From positions 10,106,001-10,170,000 of the forward strand of contig NC_086128.1 in assembly GCF_963921235.1 (NCBI RefSeq): a stretch of DNA of 64,000 nucleotides, written 5' to 3'. This document shows, one piece after another, positions 28,347 to 40,614 of this stretch (the first letter of the stretch is position 1; every line of letters starts with the position of its first letter). Both the position numbers and the translations under genes were made by a program. This DNA comes from Mobula hypostoma (lineage: Eukaryota). The notes under the pieces are model-generated. The model was not told the DNA's origin, made no database searches, and was given only the letters and a program-made list of their open reading frames with translations.

Positions 28347-29800
28347 CCCTTAACCAGAAACCCTGGATGAACAAGGAGATTCGTAATCTGCTGAGGAGAA
28401 GATCTGTGGCATTTAGTGCTGGTGCCCTAGTGATATATAAGCCCAAGTACAGCCTCCAGAAGTTCATTGCAAGCATAAAAGAACAATGAAGACTAAACTG
28501 GAATCACATGTGGAAGCTTGAGAGCTGTGTCCGGAGCTGCACAGTATCGCTTCCTACAGTGTGCGATCAGGTAGTGCAAGTGACTATGACCCTTCACTCC
28601 CTGATCAGTTCAAGACCTTTTTGCACGCTTTGACAGGGAGCACGATGACATGCCCTCATCTCCATATGCCCCTTAAGTTTAGCCTCTGAGGCTGACATTC
28701 GGGTATCCATCAAGAGCATGAATCCACGAAAGGTGTTTGATCCAAATGTTGTACCTGGCCAAGTGCTAAATATCTGTGTGGACCAACTGGCTGGAGTACT
28801 TACAGACAGATGCGTCAATGTCTACCATCTGGTATTACTTACATCAATTGGAATGAAGTGCTTTGAAAGGCTGGTTATGGTGTGTATCGACTCCTGCCTC
28901 CGACACTACCTGAATCCACTTCAATTTGCCCATGGCCACACCAGGTCAACAGCAGATACGATCTCTCTCTCTCTTCACTCTGCTCTGGATCATCTTGACA
29001 ACAGGAACTCACACATCAGACTGCTCTTCATATAAGTTCAAAGTAAAATTATTATCAAAGTACATACATGTCACCATATACTACCTTGAGATTTATTTTC
29101 TTGTGGGCATTCACAGTAAGTACAAAGAATCAATGAAATGCTGCACACAAACAAAGACAGACAACCAACCAACAAAACTGTGCAAATGCAAAGAGAAAAC
29201 ATAATAATAATAAACCAATAAAGAAACAAAGAAATATTGAGAACATGAGTTGTAGAATACTTGAAATTGAGTCCATAGGTTGTGGAATCAGTTCAGTGTT
29301 GGGGTGAGTGAAGTTACCATTTACATCAACTACAACTCAGAGTTCAACACCATCATCCTATCTAAACTCATTATCAAGCTTCGAGACCTGGGCCTCTGTA
29401 CCTCCATCTGCAGCTGGATCCTCAACTATCTCATCAGTAGACCTCAATCAATGAAGATTGGTAACGACATCTCCTACTCGCTGACCAAAGGCACCGGTGC
29501 ACCTCAAGGCTGCCTGCTTAGCCCCCTGTTCTAAGCTGTACAGATGTGGACCGTATGGCAAAGCACAGCTCCCATGCCATATGCAAACTCGTCAATGACA
29601 CCACTGTTCATGGACGAATCACAGGTTACCTGCCTCAATGACTACCATCTGGTAGCACTTACATCAATTGGAATGAATCGCAAGTGGCAATGAGTCAGTT
29701 TGTTGGAGCAGAGTCGGACCTGGTTGAGTGCTGTCACAATAACAACCTCAAACTCAACGTCAACAGATAAAGAGCTGATTGTTGACTTCAGGAAGGGGAA
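28322..29800 (+). mobile_element. Rex1/Babar LINE ORF continuation (RT), degenerate, with nested insertions
   Basis: IPPKAFRDSLNQKPWMNKEIRNLL; DQLAGV; LTSIGMKCFERLV; LNPLQFA; TGAPQGCLLSPLF; KLVNDTT; KELIVDFRK. Confidence 0.88.
29033..29316 (-). mobile_element. LINE (Rex1/L2-type) 3' tail inserted antisense into the Rex1 RT
   Basis: Interrupts RLLFI|NYNSEFNTI; AT-rich tail resembling those at 49760 and 53995. Confidence 0.55.
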
Positions 29801-30490
29801 GGTTTCACTGCTAATATAATGGTTTCTCTGTAGTAGCAATGTTTGGGTCATGACTAGAGATAACGGGGGCTTTGGAATGTGCGCCATCCAATGAGAGGCA
29901 TGTTGCTCTTTCTTGTGGGTCTGAGAGAAGGGACTTCACGGTCTTTTGTCGGCGAGAGATGAAGAGAGAAGATGCGAGTGGACAGAGTTGATAGACCACC
30001 GGATGAAGTGGACCTACAGTGAGGGTCCGAGGGTCCGCAATGCTTGGAGGAGGTCGATGGGGAATGAATGGACGGAAATGTGAGCTCCAACGTGCACGTT
30101 AGACTGTTTTCATGTGAATGGGCCCTTTTTCTGTTTCTTTACTCCATCGTCGTTGTGGCTATCCCTCGAGGTCGAGGATGATGGTCTTCATTCTGTTGAT
30201 CTACTTATGGGCTCTCAAGTGGCTTATGAGTCCAATCTTGGCTTTGAAAGTTCTTCTGCATTCAGGACAGGTAGTTCCAGATGGTAGATCGGGCTTTGGT
30301 TGTTGCTGCCTCTTTCCATTTTCTTCTCTTTTCTTATAATTCTGCACATCTGTTGGCTTCAAAAGTTACTGTTCCTTCTTGGATGATGGCTTGCAATCAT
30401 CCTATAGTCTTTATAAACCTATAGTTAAATTAATAATCATAAAGCTCAGTCATTTAATTGCATATTGTGTACTGTTTGTTATTTTGTGTT
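29800..30490 (+). mobile_element. Partial LTR (same family as 37102-37685, opposite orientation), split by an RTE insertion
   Basis: 29800-30142 and 30415-30480 align to the reverse complement of 37240-37670. Confidence 0.7.
30143..30414 (-). mobile_element. RTE-clade LINE 3' fragment
   Basis: Minus-strand translation QQQPKPDLPSGTTCPECRRTFKAKIGLISHLRAHK*, the C-terminal C2H2 finger typical of RTE elements. Confidence 0.75.
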
Positions 30491-30499
30491 TTTGTTCTA

Positions 30500-30670
30500 A
30501 TTATGTTCTTTCGTGCAAAACCAGTCCATTTTGTTCCATAAATGTATGTTTTTCTTGTGAATGTTGTGTATCTGATACCCTGTGTCTGTGATGCTGCTGT
30601 AAGTAAGCTTTTCATTGCATCCTTGCATACATGTATTCAAGCAGATGACAATAAACTCAACTTGACTTTG
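30500..30670 (+). mobile_element. Rex1/L2-type LINE 3' tail
   Basis: GATGCTGCTGTAAGTAAG...GACAATAAACTCAACTTGACTTTG terminus. Confidence 0.5.
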
Positions 30671-30734
30671 TGTGATTACTCGTTGTGAAAACCTATGACC
30701 CCAGGCAATCTGTCGCATGCACTCTTCAAGAAGT

Positions 30735-30867
30735 GCTGAAGAAGGGTCTCGGCCTGAAACATTGACTATTCATTCATTTCCATAGTTGTTGCCTTGCCCG
30801 CTGAGTTTCTCCAGCATTTTGTGCGTGTTGCTTTGGATTTCCAGCATCTGTGAATGTCTTGTGTTTA
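30735..30867 (+). mobile_element. Short Penelope pLTR-derived repeat with a hammerhead core
   Basis: CTGAAGA-AGGGTCTCGGCCT-GAAA-CATT-GAC plus the family tail. Confidence 0.75.
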
Positions 30868-31039
30868 TGATTTGCTCTTCAAGAAGTCTCTGCTTCTTGG
30901 GTTCTCCAATGGTAGTGATTATATCATCCTCAGGGGGATTTTCTGTGGCACGCTCAAGGTATTGGATCACTCTGGTCCCCAGGGTTCCAGAGAGAATGAG
31001 GGAACAGGTCAATAACCATCTTCACCTTCCACTCTGCCA

Positions 31040-31250
31040 GTGACCACTTTCAATGGATCATCCTTCACAATGCAGTCTGTCCAAGGGAAGACATTACTTC
31101 CTTCATGTCTCCCTGGACTTCACCTACTGCCCATCCAGGGACCCAAACAGCCTGTCACTGAACCAGTGCTTCACTGGCTCTTCTCCCAATCTCGCCATTT
31201 GATGTTCACAATGTGGTCTCCTCTGCATCGGAGAAACCAAATACAGATGA
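31040..31250 (+). mobile_element. Penelope GIY-YIG remnant
   Basis: PIQGPKQ and CSQCGLLCIGET-like remnants similar to 3830-3950. Confidence 0.5.
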
Positions 31251-31254
31251 CTTT

Positions 31255-31470
31255 ATTGTATTTTATTTTATTTAGAGATGCAGAGCAGAACAGGCCCTTC
31301 CAGCCCAATGAGCTGCGCTGCCCCAGCAACCCCTGGCAGTGCCAATTTAACCCCAACTTGATCACAGGACAATTAAGCTACCTGATACGTTTCTGGACTG
31401 TGGGAGGAAACCAGAGGACCCGGGGAAAACCCATGCATTCCACAGGGCGGATGTACAGACTCCTTACAGG
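31255..31470 (-). mobile_element. V-SINE (HE1-like) fragment
   Basis: Reverse complement carries the V-domain-like GGGTTTTCCCCGGGTCCTCTGGTTTCCTCCCACAGTCC and a CR1-like tail. Confidence 0.65.
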
Positions 31471-31639
31471 GGCATCAGTCAGGGCAGCACAATATGGAGA
31501 GTGTGATGCCCATTGCAGCTAGCTCCCTCTCTCCATACAGCTGACGGATCGGAAGAAATAGCAGAGACCAATACAGACTGGCATAAGCATAAGGTCCTGG
31601 AGTGAAGTCTAAAAGGGGAAAGCTTTGTGGGAGCTTGGC

Positions 31640-32555
31640 TATAACCGGCGCACCAATCCTGAGTTGGAGAGCAGGGAAGGTTCAGGCATGTAAGGGAGCC
31701 ACTGCCTAGCGGAGCGGTCATTGATGGAGTGGTCTGAGGCAGAGTGGTAGGGCTTTGGCTCACTCGGGTTTCGGTGAGGTAGCTGGACTTCATTTTTTTT
31801 CTCCTTGCATTTTTTTAGAGGCATAGGGTGCATGTCTGTAGGGTTGGTACTTTGCTCTGGGTGTCAGGTGTAGGAATCCTGGGAATCTTCCAGCCTCCCA
31901 GATGGCCACATCTGCGCCAGATGCACCGAGATGCAGCTCCTCAGAGACCGTGTTAGGGATCTGGAGCTGTGACTTGATGACCTACAGCTTATTAGGGAAA
32001 GTGAGCAGGAGATAGATAGGAGCTACAGGGAGTTTGTCACCCCAAGGCTGCAGGAGTTAGACAAGTGGGTGACTGTCAGGGAAGGGATGGGAAGAGCTCA
32101 GACAGAAGAGAGCACCCCGATGGCCATCCCCCTCAGTAATCGTTATCTCATTTTGGATGCGGTTGAGGGAGATGTTCTGATAGAGGATGACCATGGTGAT
32201 CGGGTCTCTGGCACTGAGCCTGGTTCCGTGTGCAGACGGAGAGAAGAAGATGAGGAATGTGGTAGTCATAGGGGATTCCATGGTGAGGGGAACAGACAGG
32301 TTCTGTCAGCCTGATAGAGATACCCGCATGGTGTGTTGCCTCCCAGGTGCAAGGGTACGGGATGTCTTAGATCAGGTGCAGAGTATTCTGAAGGGAGAGG
32401 GTGTACAACCGGAAGTCTTGGTACATATTGGTACCAATGACACAGGTAGAAAAAGGGAGGAGGTCCTGAAGAGGGAATTCAGGGAGTTGGGTAGGAAGCT
32501 GAAAAGCAGGACCTCCAGGGTAGTAATCTCAGGATTGCTGCCTGTGCCACGTGAC
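31640..32555 (+). mobile_element. CR1 LINE 5'UTR and ORF1 (zinc finger, coiled coil, SGNH esterase), degenerate
   Basis: HICARCTEMQLL; VVIGDSMVRGTDR; CCLPGARV; VHIGTND; VVISGLLPVPR. Confidence 0.85.
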
Positions 32556-32599
32556 TAGTTTCGAGGCGCCAGTGGTCCGCCTTTGGCCCTACTCCTGTC

Positions 32600-32778
32600 A
32601 GTAGAAATGGGTCCGCCAGACTTAGCGGCCAATCCACACGTGAAGGCCAGGAAACCCATGCATTCCACAGCGAGGACGGACAGACTCCTTACAGAGGACA
32701 TCAGAATTGAGCTCTGAATCTGATGCCCTGAGCTGTAATAGCAACACACGAACTGCTACACTACTGTGGCGCACAGTA
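32600..32778 (-). mobile_element. V-SINE 5' (tRNA-related) fragment
   Basis: Similar to 31430-31470 and 39960-40070. Confidence 0.55.
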
Positions 32779-32899
32779 TCGTAGTGGTCAGATTAGGTGA
32801 CTTGGAAGGGTAAGAAGCAAAAGATGGCAAGCTTAGTGAACCGAGTTATTGAAGAAAATTGAATGTTTGCTCAGGGAAATGAAGGAATTGTGAAAACAA

Positions 32900-33540
32900 G
32901 TCACTTGAATTTTATAGGCAATCAGGAAAAAGAAAGAAGAAATTAGGCAGAAAATAAGGGGGCAATTGAAATGACAATGGCAAGTAGGATTAAGCAGAAT
33001 CTGAAAAGTTTTTATAATTAAATCAAAAGCAAGACAGTAGCTGAGGAAGGCACAGGTTTCCTTGGGAACCAGATGGGTAAATTATAGTTGAGCCAGGGAC
33101 TAGGAGCGAGATCCTGAATGAATGCTTCTCATCCTAAGTCACCATGGAGAAGGACACAGAGGCTGGAGAATTCATGGAGATATATGTAGATATTCTGTAG
33201 CATGCTTGCATCAGAAAGGTGGAAGTGCTTGAAGCTTTGGAGCATATTAGGGTGGATGGTTCTCCAGGGACAGAAGGCATTCTGTCACCAGGACGTTAAC
33301 GGAAGCAAGGGAGGAGATAGCTTAGACTCTGATGGAGATTTTTGCATCTTCATTAGCTACGGGTAAGGTTCCAGAAGGCTGGAGGACAACTCATGTTGTT
33401 GCCTAATTCAAAAAGGGTAGTAGGAGAAGCCTGGTGAGCCTTACATCAGTGGTAAGGTAGATGCTGAGGTACTGGACTTCTGCTCACTTGGAAAGGCGGG
33501 GACTGATTAGGAGGAGTTAGCGTGGTCTTGTGCAGATTCA
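32900..33540 (+). mobile_element. Old CR1 ORF2 fragment
   Basis: Degenerate RIKQNLKSF, SPGTEG, VPEGWRTTHVV and VSLTSVV motifs. Confidence 0.7.
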
Positions 33541-33744
33541 TTCCTTCTTTAACGTCTGTTTCTTCTGCCTGAGTGGCTGATTCATTGCTGAATGACCAAA
33601 TATACTTGTTGCCAGACCTGGAGTAATGTAGATCTCAGATTAGAATTTGGTGTGAGTTAGGGATGTAGGCAGCAGATTACTGATGAACCGAAGCTGACAG
33701 AGTTTGAAGTGTAGGTGAATAGAAGTTGCATATTTTGAATAAAA

Positions 33745-35100
33745 CCATAAGACCATAAGATATAGGAGCAGAAGTAGGCCATTCAGCCCATCAAATTCTC
33801 CGCCATTCAATCATGGGCTGATCCAATTCTTCCAGTCATCCCTACTCCCCTGCCTTCTCCCCATACCCCTTGATGCCCTGGCTAATCAAGAACCTATCTA
33901 TCTCTGCCTTAAATGCACACAATGACTTGGTCCCCACAACCACTCTTGGTGACAAACTCCATAGATTTACCACCCTCTGACTAAAGTAATTTCTCTGCAT
34001 CTCTGTTCGAAATGGACATCCTTCAATCCTGAAGTCATGCTCACTTGACTTAGACTCCCCTACCATGGGAAATAACTTTGCCATATCTAATATGTTCAGG
34101 CCTTTTAACATTCGGAATGTTTCTATGAAATCCCCCCTCATTCTCCTGAACTCCAGGGAATAGAGCCCAAGAGCTGCCAGACGTTCTTCATACGGTAACC
34201 CTTTCATTCCTGGAATCATTCTCGTGAATCTTCTCTGAAGCCTTTCCAATGTCAGTATATCCTTTCTAAAATAAGGAGCCTAAAACTGCAGTCAATTCTC
34301 TAAGTATGGTCTCACGAGTGCCTTATAGAGCCACAACATCACATCCCTGCTCTTATATTCTATACCTCTAGAAATGAATGCCAACATTGCATTTTCCTTC
34401 TTCACAACCGACTCAACCCGGAGGTTAACCTTCAGGGTATCCTGCACAAGGACTCCCAAGTCCCTTTGCATCTCTGCATTTTGAATTCTCTCCCCATCTA
34501 AATAATAGTCTGCCTGTTTATTTCTTCCACCAAAGTGCATGACCATACACTTTCCAACATTGTATTTCATTTGCCACTTCTTTGCCCATTCCCCTAAACT
34601 ATCTAAGTCTCTCCGCAAGCTCACTGTTTCCTCAACACTACCCGCTCCTCCTCCTATCTTTGCATCATCGGCAAATTTAGCCTCAAATCTATTAATCCCA
34701 TAGTCCAAATCATTGACATACATCGTAAAAAGCAGCGGTCCCAACACCGACCCCTCTGGAACTCCACTGGTAACCGGCAGCCAGCCAGAATAGGATCCCT
34801 TTATTCCCACTCTCTGTTTTCTGCCGACCAGCCAATGATCCACCCACGCTAGTAACTCCCCTGTAATTCCATGGGATCTTATCTTGCTAAGCAGCCTCAT
34901 GTGTGGCACCTTGTCAAAGGCCTTCTGAAAATCCAAGTACACCACATCTCCTTTGTCTGCCCTGCTTGTAATTTCCTCAAAAAATTGCAGTAGGTTATTC
35001 AGGCAGAATTTTCCTTTCAGGAAACCATGCTGGCTTTGGCCCATCTTGTCATGTGTCTCCAGGTACTCCGTAATCTCATCCCTAACAATCAATTGCAACA
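33745..35100 (-). mobile_element. CR1 LINE, 5'-truncated (RT to 3' tail)
   Basis: SQHGF; [13 protein letters not shown]; GVPEGSVLGP; KFADD; short repeat tail at 33745. Confidence 0.93.
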
Positions 35101-35789
35101 ACAAGCTGTTCTTGATTGTCAGAGACTATTTGAGACGCACACCATTGGGAGCATTTAATAGGTAGTGGGAGCTTGTCCCCATTACCACCCCCGGCTATAA
35201 CCTTAAGGAACCAGATTTAATGTACAATACATTCAGGTTTATTGTGTGTCTGAAAGTATTTAGCAAGCATGGTTCAGCGATAGTATAATCAGTGACAATG
35301 AGACACAGCAGTACAAACCAGAGGTCAGCTAGGGTACAAAATTAAAACCTGATCCAACTCAAATTCTGATCGACCTTTGACTCATATCTGCAATCATATT
35401 TTGAACTCCCTGCCCTCCCTTCACCTGGCATCTCACTCTGGCCTGTGAGCACTCACTCCACCCTGCACCGAGAGCACCAGTCCTGAGTATCGCCCCAACC
35501 CTTAAGATGGCCTGCTCCGGTCTGGTCTGGCCCAGTCCAAGCGAGCCAAGGACATTCAGTTGGTTTCTAAGCCAACCCAGCTCCAGCCAACGCACTGAGG
35601 AACATCAGGTGACCAGGATTAACAATAACTCACCCGCTATATGGATGTACTTCCCTCGGCAACAAACAGACTGGAAGAACAGAGCTAGGTGAAGTATCAG
35701 AGGTGAAACTCTTAGCTCAGACTGGAGCAGGTGAGTATCATGTTGGACAACTGGGCACTTGAAATGAAGAGCAAGGAAGTTGATAAGAA

Positions 35790-36960
35790 AGATCCCATTG
35801 AGGCCAGGTCCTGATTTACTACTGCCCATAATCTATTTAGCAACTTGGATTCAGAAGTCAAAAGTATAATTTCACAACTTACAGATGGCATCAAATTGGT
35901 GCAAGTGGGGGGAGGTGGGATACAGTTAAAATAGAAGAAGATTGTGCAAATATGATGTCAGTTTGTAGGATGAAGGCAGCTTGCAACATAATTTCCATAT
36001 ATAACAAAAGACTGAGATGATGCACTTAGCAGGGAGAATGAGGAAACTGTGTACTCCTTGGAAACGAGGTGAGATAGCAGAGTGAAGCGAGGAAGTGTCG
36101 AGGTGAACAGATCACTAAGAAAAAAGCGTCAATGGAATAATAAGGCTACTAAAAGACAAAAATGTCATCAGCTTCATTCCTGTTGAGAAGTTATGCCAAG
36201 CATTTAGAACCTTGATTAGACCACACTTAGAGCACCGTTCCAGTCTTTGAGTTGCAGCAAATTGTTAAGGCATTGGAAAGGGGCATACATTTACAGTATT
36301 GTAACTGGGAGTGCTGGGTGGCGGGGTGGAGACACTATATGTCTCTACTAAAGGGGGTGTAAGGTGCTCCTTCCCTCTGCTAGCCTGCAGGTCACCCTTG
36401 GGCAAAGTGTAGCACCTGCTTAGCCCCCCGATCAGGGCCACGTGAAGCCATAGGAGCAGGTGGTGGATGGTCGTACGAGCAGCTGGTGCATATCACAATC
36501 CTGGTTATGTGACAACTGACACCAGGCAGACAATCTCTGAAGAGTATTGATAATGGCTAGGGTCACCTGTCTTGTAAAGACACTGCCCAGAAGAAGGCAA
36601 TGGCAAACCACTTATGTAGAAAAATTTGCCAAGAACAATCATGGTCAAGACTATGATTGCTCACGTCATACGACATGGTACAAAATTAGTGAATGAACTG
36701 GAAATGAGAACTATCAGGAAAGGGGAAATGAGTTGGTCTTGCATTCTCTTGGAATGGGAGCTGGCTTAGAAGAGATCTTAAATCTAATTAAGGGTTTTAC
36801 AAAGAGGATGAGGAAGTCCAAAATGAACTATAAACACAATATAGTCACTACTAAATCCAATGGAAAATTTTGGAGAAACTTCTTCATTCATGGAGAAGTT
36901 AGATTGTGGAACTTGTTACCATATGTAGTTGAGACAAAGAGAACAATATGTAAATACAAG
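35790..36960 (+). mobile_element. Ancient CR1 remnant interrupted by an RTE-related SINE
   Basis: NLDSEVKSIISQLTDGIKL; LIRPHLEH; FWRNFFIHGEVRLWNLLP. Confidence 0.6.
36320..36690 (+). mobile_element. SINE-like element with an RTE/BovB-type tail
   Basis: GAAGAAGGCAATGGCAAACCACT...GCCAAGAACAATCATGG resembles the RTE/BovB-derived SINE end motif. Confidence 0.6.
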
Positions 36961-37101
36961 TCTTGTTTGTATATCTCTAAAGTTTATTTCTAAATGAATC
37001 AAAAAGACAAAGAGGTCCCATCTCAGTGGAGAATCAGAAAGGAAGAATACTATTGGGTAAATTGTTTTTTTCGTAATGATGATGATAGGCTTTATCATGG
37101 A

Positions 37102-37685
37102 TGTAACCTTCAAATTCGGCCAGCATGCATTGGTCTAGGGGAGGGCAGCCCCTGGCCCAGCCAAACTGAGAAATCTCATTTGTGTGGATGCTGTGTGATG
37201 TGTTGCCCTGTTACAAATCCGATCCGCAAAATATCAGACAGTACACCGTATGCAATTAAACAATTGAACTTTATAATTCTTAATCTGACTATAAGGTTAG
37301 TAAAGAAAATAAAAAGGGCCCATTTTAATGAAACAGTCTAATGTGCACGTTGGAGTTCACAGATTCGTCCATTCGTTCCACATTGACCTCCCCCGAGTGT
37401 CGTCGACTCCTGGACCCTCGCTCCAAGTCCACTCCATCTTGTGGTCTACCAATTCTCTCCACCCACGTCTTCTCTCTTCATCTCTCGTCGACAAAAGACC
37501 ATGAATGCTTCTCTCAGACCCACAAGAAAGAAACAACATCCTTCTCATTGGATGGCACACATTCCAAAACCCCATTATCTCCAGTCATAACCCAAACATT
37601 GCTGCTACAGAGAAACCATTACGTCAGCAGTGAAACATTACAGAGAGGCCATTACACTAGCAGTGAAACCTTACAGCATGTTACA
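37102..37685 (-). mobile_element. Solo LTR (~584 bp)
   Basis: TGTAAC...GTTACA inverted termini; near-TSD ATGGA/ATGGT; second partial copy at 29800-30490. Confidence 0.7.
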
Positions 37686-38459
37686 ATGGTTTACACTAAC
37701 AATATGAATCTCAGGGTTGCATATGGTGATATATACCGTATGTACTTTGATTATAAATTTACTTTGACCTTTGGACTTTGAAGTGGAGCCACAGGATTCA
37801 TTGCTCATACTGAGGCTTGCTCATCCTGACCTTTTCCACATATTTCTACCACTCCTGGAATTGTCATTTTAATACAGCCATCCTGAGATGTGGAGTCAAT
37901 CTCTCAGTTTCTCTGTCCATCACTTACACATTATATGGTGTCATTCCACAATTAATCAGCATCCATGGGCATCCGACCAAGCCACACAGAAGGGTCGTTT
38001 GTGTAATTGCAGTTAGTGAGCAGCCTGATCTGCACTGCTAATGCAATGTTTGATTTATTGAGTAGATATTTGCCGAGTGAGGATAGTAAACAGAAAAAAA
38101 AAATCAAGGAGCAATCTGCTCTTCTGCATATTGAATGGTCCATTGACTCAGAAATGTTTTCTTATAACTTAGCGTGAGTCTGAATTTAAACCAGAGAAAT
38201 GAGGTAAAAATCTCTCACAGCCCTGTCTCTGGGCCTGACTGGATGAAGTAGGAACATTGGGAAGTTAAAATGTCACCTTCACACTCTCTAATTAACAGAA
38301 TCATGAGGTTGGAAATTCATGTCAAGTCAAGCCAAGTCAAGTTTATTATCATTTAACTATATACATGGGTACTGCCAAACAAGACAATGTTTCTCCTGAC
38401 TAGGGTGTAAAGCACAGTAGTACACGCAACACATGTGTAACATGCGGTAATTAAAGAAA

Positions 38460-39310
38460 TTCAGGATGAAGTAGTAAATGGGATTAGACATTGGCTTTCT
38501 GAGAGAAGCCAGAGAGTGGTGGTAGATGGATAGTGTTGGGTCTGTGGCAGGGATCGGTGCTGGGTCTGCTGTTGTTTGTCATCTGTATCAATGATCTAGA
38601 TGATAATGTGCTTAACTGGATCAGCAAATTTGTGCATGCCACCAAGATTGAGGGCTGTAGTAGACAGTGAGGAAGCCTATCAAAACTTGCAGTGGGATCT
38701 GGACCAGCTGGAAAAATGGGCTGAAACATGGCAGTTGGAATTTAATCCAGACAAGTGTGAGGTGTCACACTTTGGTAGGACCAACCGGGGTAGGTATTAC
38801 GCAGTGAACAGCAGGGCACTGAGGAGTGTGGTAGAACAGAGCGATCTGGGAATACAGGTCCATAATTCATTGAAAATGACATCACCCGTAGATAGGGTCG
38901 TAAAGAAAGCTTTTGGCACATTGGCCTTCATAGAGCAGTGTATTGAGTTCAGGAGATGGGATGTTCCGTTGAAGTTGTTTAAGACATTGTTGAGGCCTAG
39001 TTTGGAGTATTGTGTGCAGTTTTGGTCACCTACCTACAGGAAAGATGTAAACAAGGTTGAAAGAGTACAAATAAAATTTATAAGGACGTTACCAGGACTG
39101 GAGGACCTGAGTTATAAGGAAAGATTGAATAGGTTAGTACTGTATTCTTTAGAACATAGAAGATTGAGATGAGATTGATAGAGGTTTACAATATTATGAG
39201 GGGTAGGGATAGTGTAAATGCAAGCAGGCCTTTTTCACTGAGGTTGGGTGAGACTACAAACAGAGGTTATGGGTTAAGGGTGAAAGGTGAGATGTTTAAG
39301 GGGAACATGC
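38460..39310 (+). mobile_element. CR1 RT 3' fragment
   Basis: FNPDKCEV; RPSLEYCVQFWSP; LERVQ-like motifs. Confidence 0.9.
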
Positions 39311-39824
39311 TGGTCTCTGCAAAGGTGATGAAAGCTACCTGTTATACAATTTTTCTGGTTCATTGATGCTGTTCTGTACAAGAAATCTGTCACCCTTATC
39401 TAGTCTGGACCAGGTGTGACTCCAGACCTACCCACGTGGTGAACTCTTAAGTGCCCAGTCACATTGCCTCACAAGCGACTGAGCTGTTCCAGTGCTATTA
39501 TTAAATTAGACAGACTGCCTGGCATTGATGTCACCACCAATTCCAGTCTCAACAAACTTGTTCTCAGACCAACCCTCATCCAACATTCTGCAGCTAGTGT
39601 CTGAATTGGGAGAATTAGTCAAAATATCCATATACAGTTGTACTCACAGAATCAAACCTCCTGAATAACATGGCAGGCTCCTCTGTCACAACCCTTGCAT
39701 ACGTCTTTCCCTTTGGTTGGAGCTGAGGGGTTGATAGAGGGTGTACAGTTAGGAGAGAGTGGTCCCATGAGACCTCAAAATAGCTTCCAAGAAGTCTCTG
39801 AACATCTCATCTTTTTAAAAATTA

Positions 39825-40072
39825 TTTATTGCAATACAGCGTGGAATGAGCCACACTGCCCAGCAACCCCCAATTTAATCCTGGGACAATTTACAAAGAC
39901 CGATTAACCTACCAACCGGTACATTTTTTGAGTGTGGAAGGAAATCGGAACACCTGGAGGAAACCCACGTGGTCACAGGAAGAATGTACAAACTGCTTCT
40001 GCCAGTGGAGGGAATTGAACGTGGGTCGCTGATACTGTAAAGCGTTATACTACCATGCCACATCACAGAAAG
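39825..40072 (-). mobile_element. V-SINE (HE1-like), near complete
   Basis: Reverse complement starts GTGGCATGGTAG (A-box-like), then CGTTCAATTCC (B-box-like), then V-domain GTGGGTTTCCTCCAGGTGTTCCGATTTCCTTCCACAC. Confidence 0.7.
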
Positions 40073-40614
40073 CTACAGACCAATTGTGAGAAAGTGGCAA
40101 GAGCATGGAGTGTATCCTGGGTGGGAGCTTCAATGTCCACCACCAAGATTGATTTAGTAGCTCCACCACAGATTGGTCTGGGTGAGTCCTAAAGGACAGA
40201 GGCACCAGACTGGGTCTGCGGCTGGCACCGAGTGGATCAATCCACATTGTCCTCACCAGTGTACCAGATGGATCTTGGTAGAAGTGACCACTGGATGGTC
40301 TGTGTGGAGACAAAGTCTTGTCCACACATTGAGGACACCTTCCAACATGTGTGGTTTTGCAAATATACTAAATGGGCATCCACAAGGTGCTATGGGCAAC
40401 CAGAAACAGAGGAGATATACCTGATTTGTAGCCTTGTGGTCCACCTCATCCCCACCTCGACCACTACCATGGATCCTAAAGGTCAACTCTGGCCACTGAG
40501 GCGTGCAGAAGGGCTTGTCAGGAGCAGCTGTGGGGAAAGATGAAAATGACTGGAGGTTTCATATGTGATGCTCCACATTGGTGCTGAGATCCCTGCTTGA
40601 CAAATAATAGAAGT

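Noticed and set aside
39990-40072. tRNA gene
   Set aside because: The A/B-box-like sequence is the decayed head of a V-SINE; no cloverleaf is supported.
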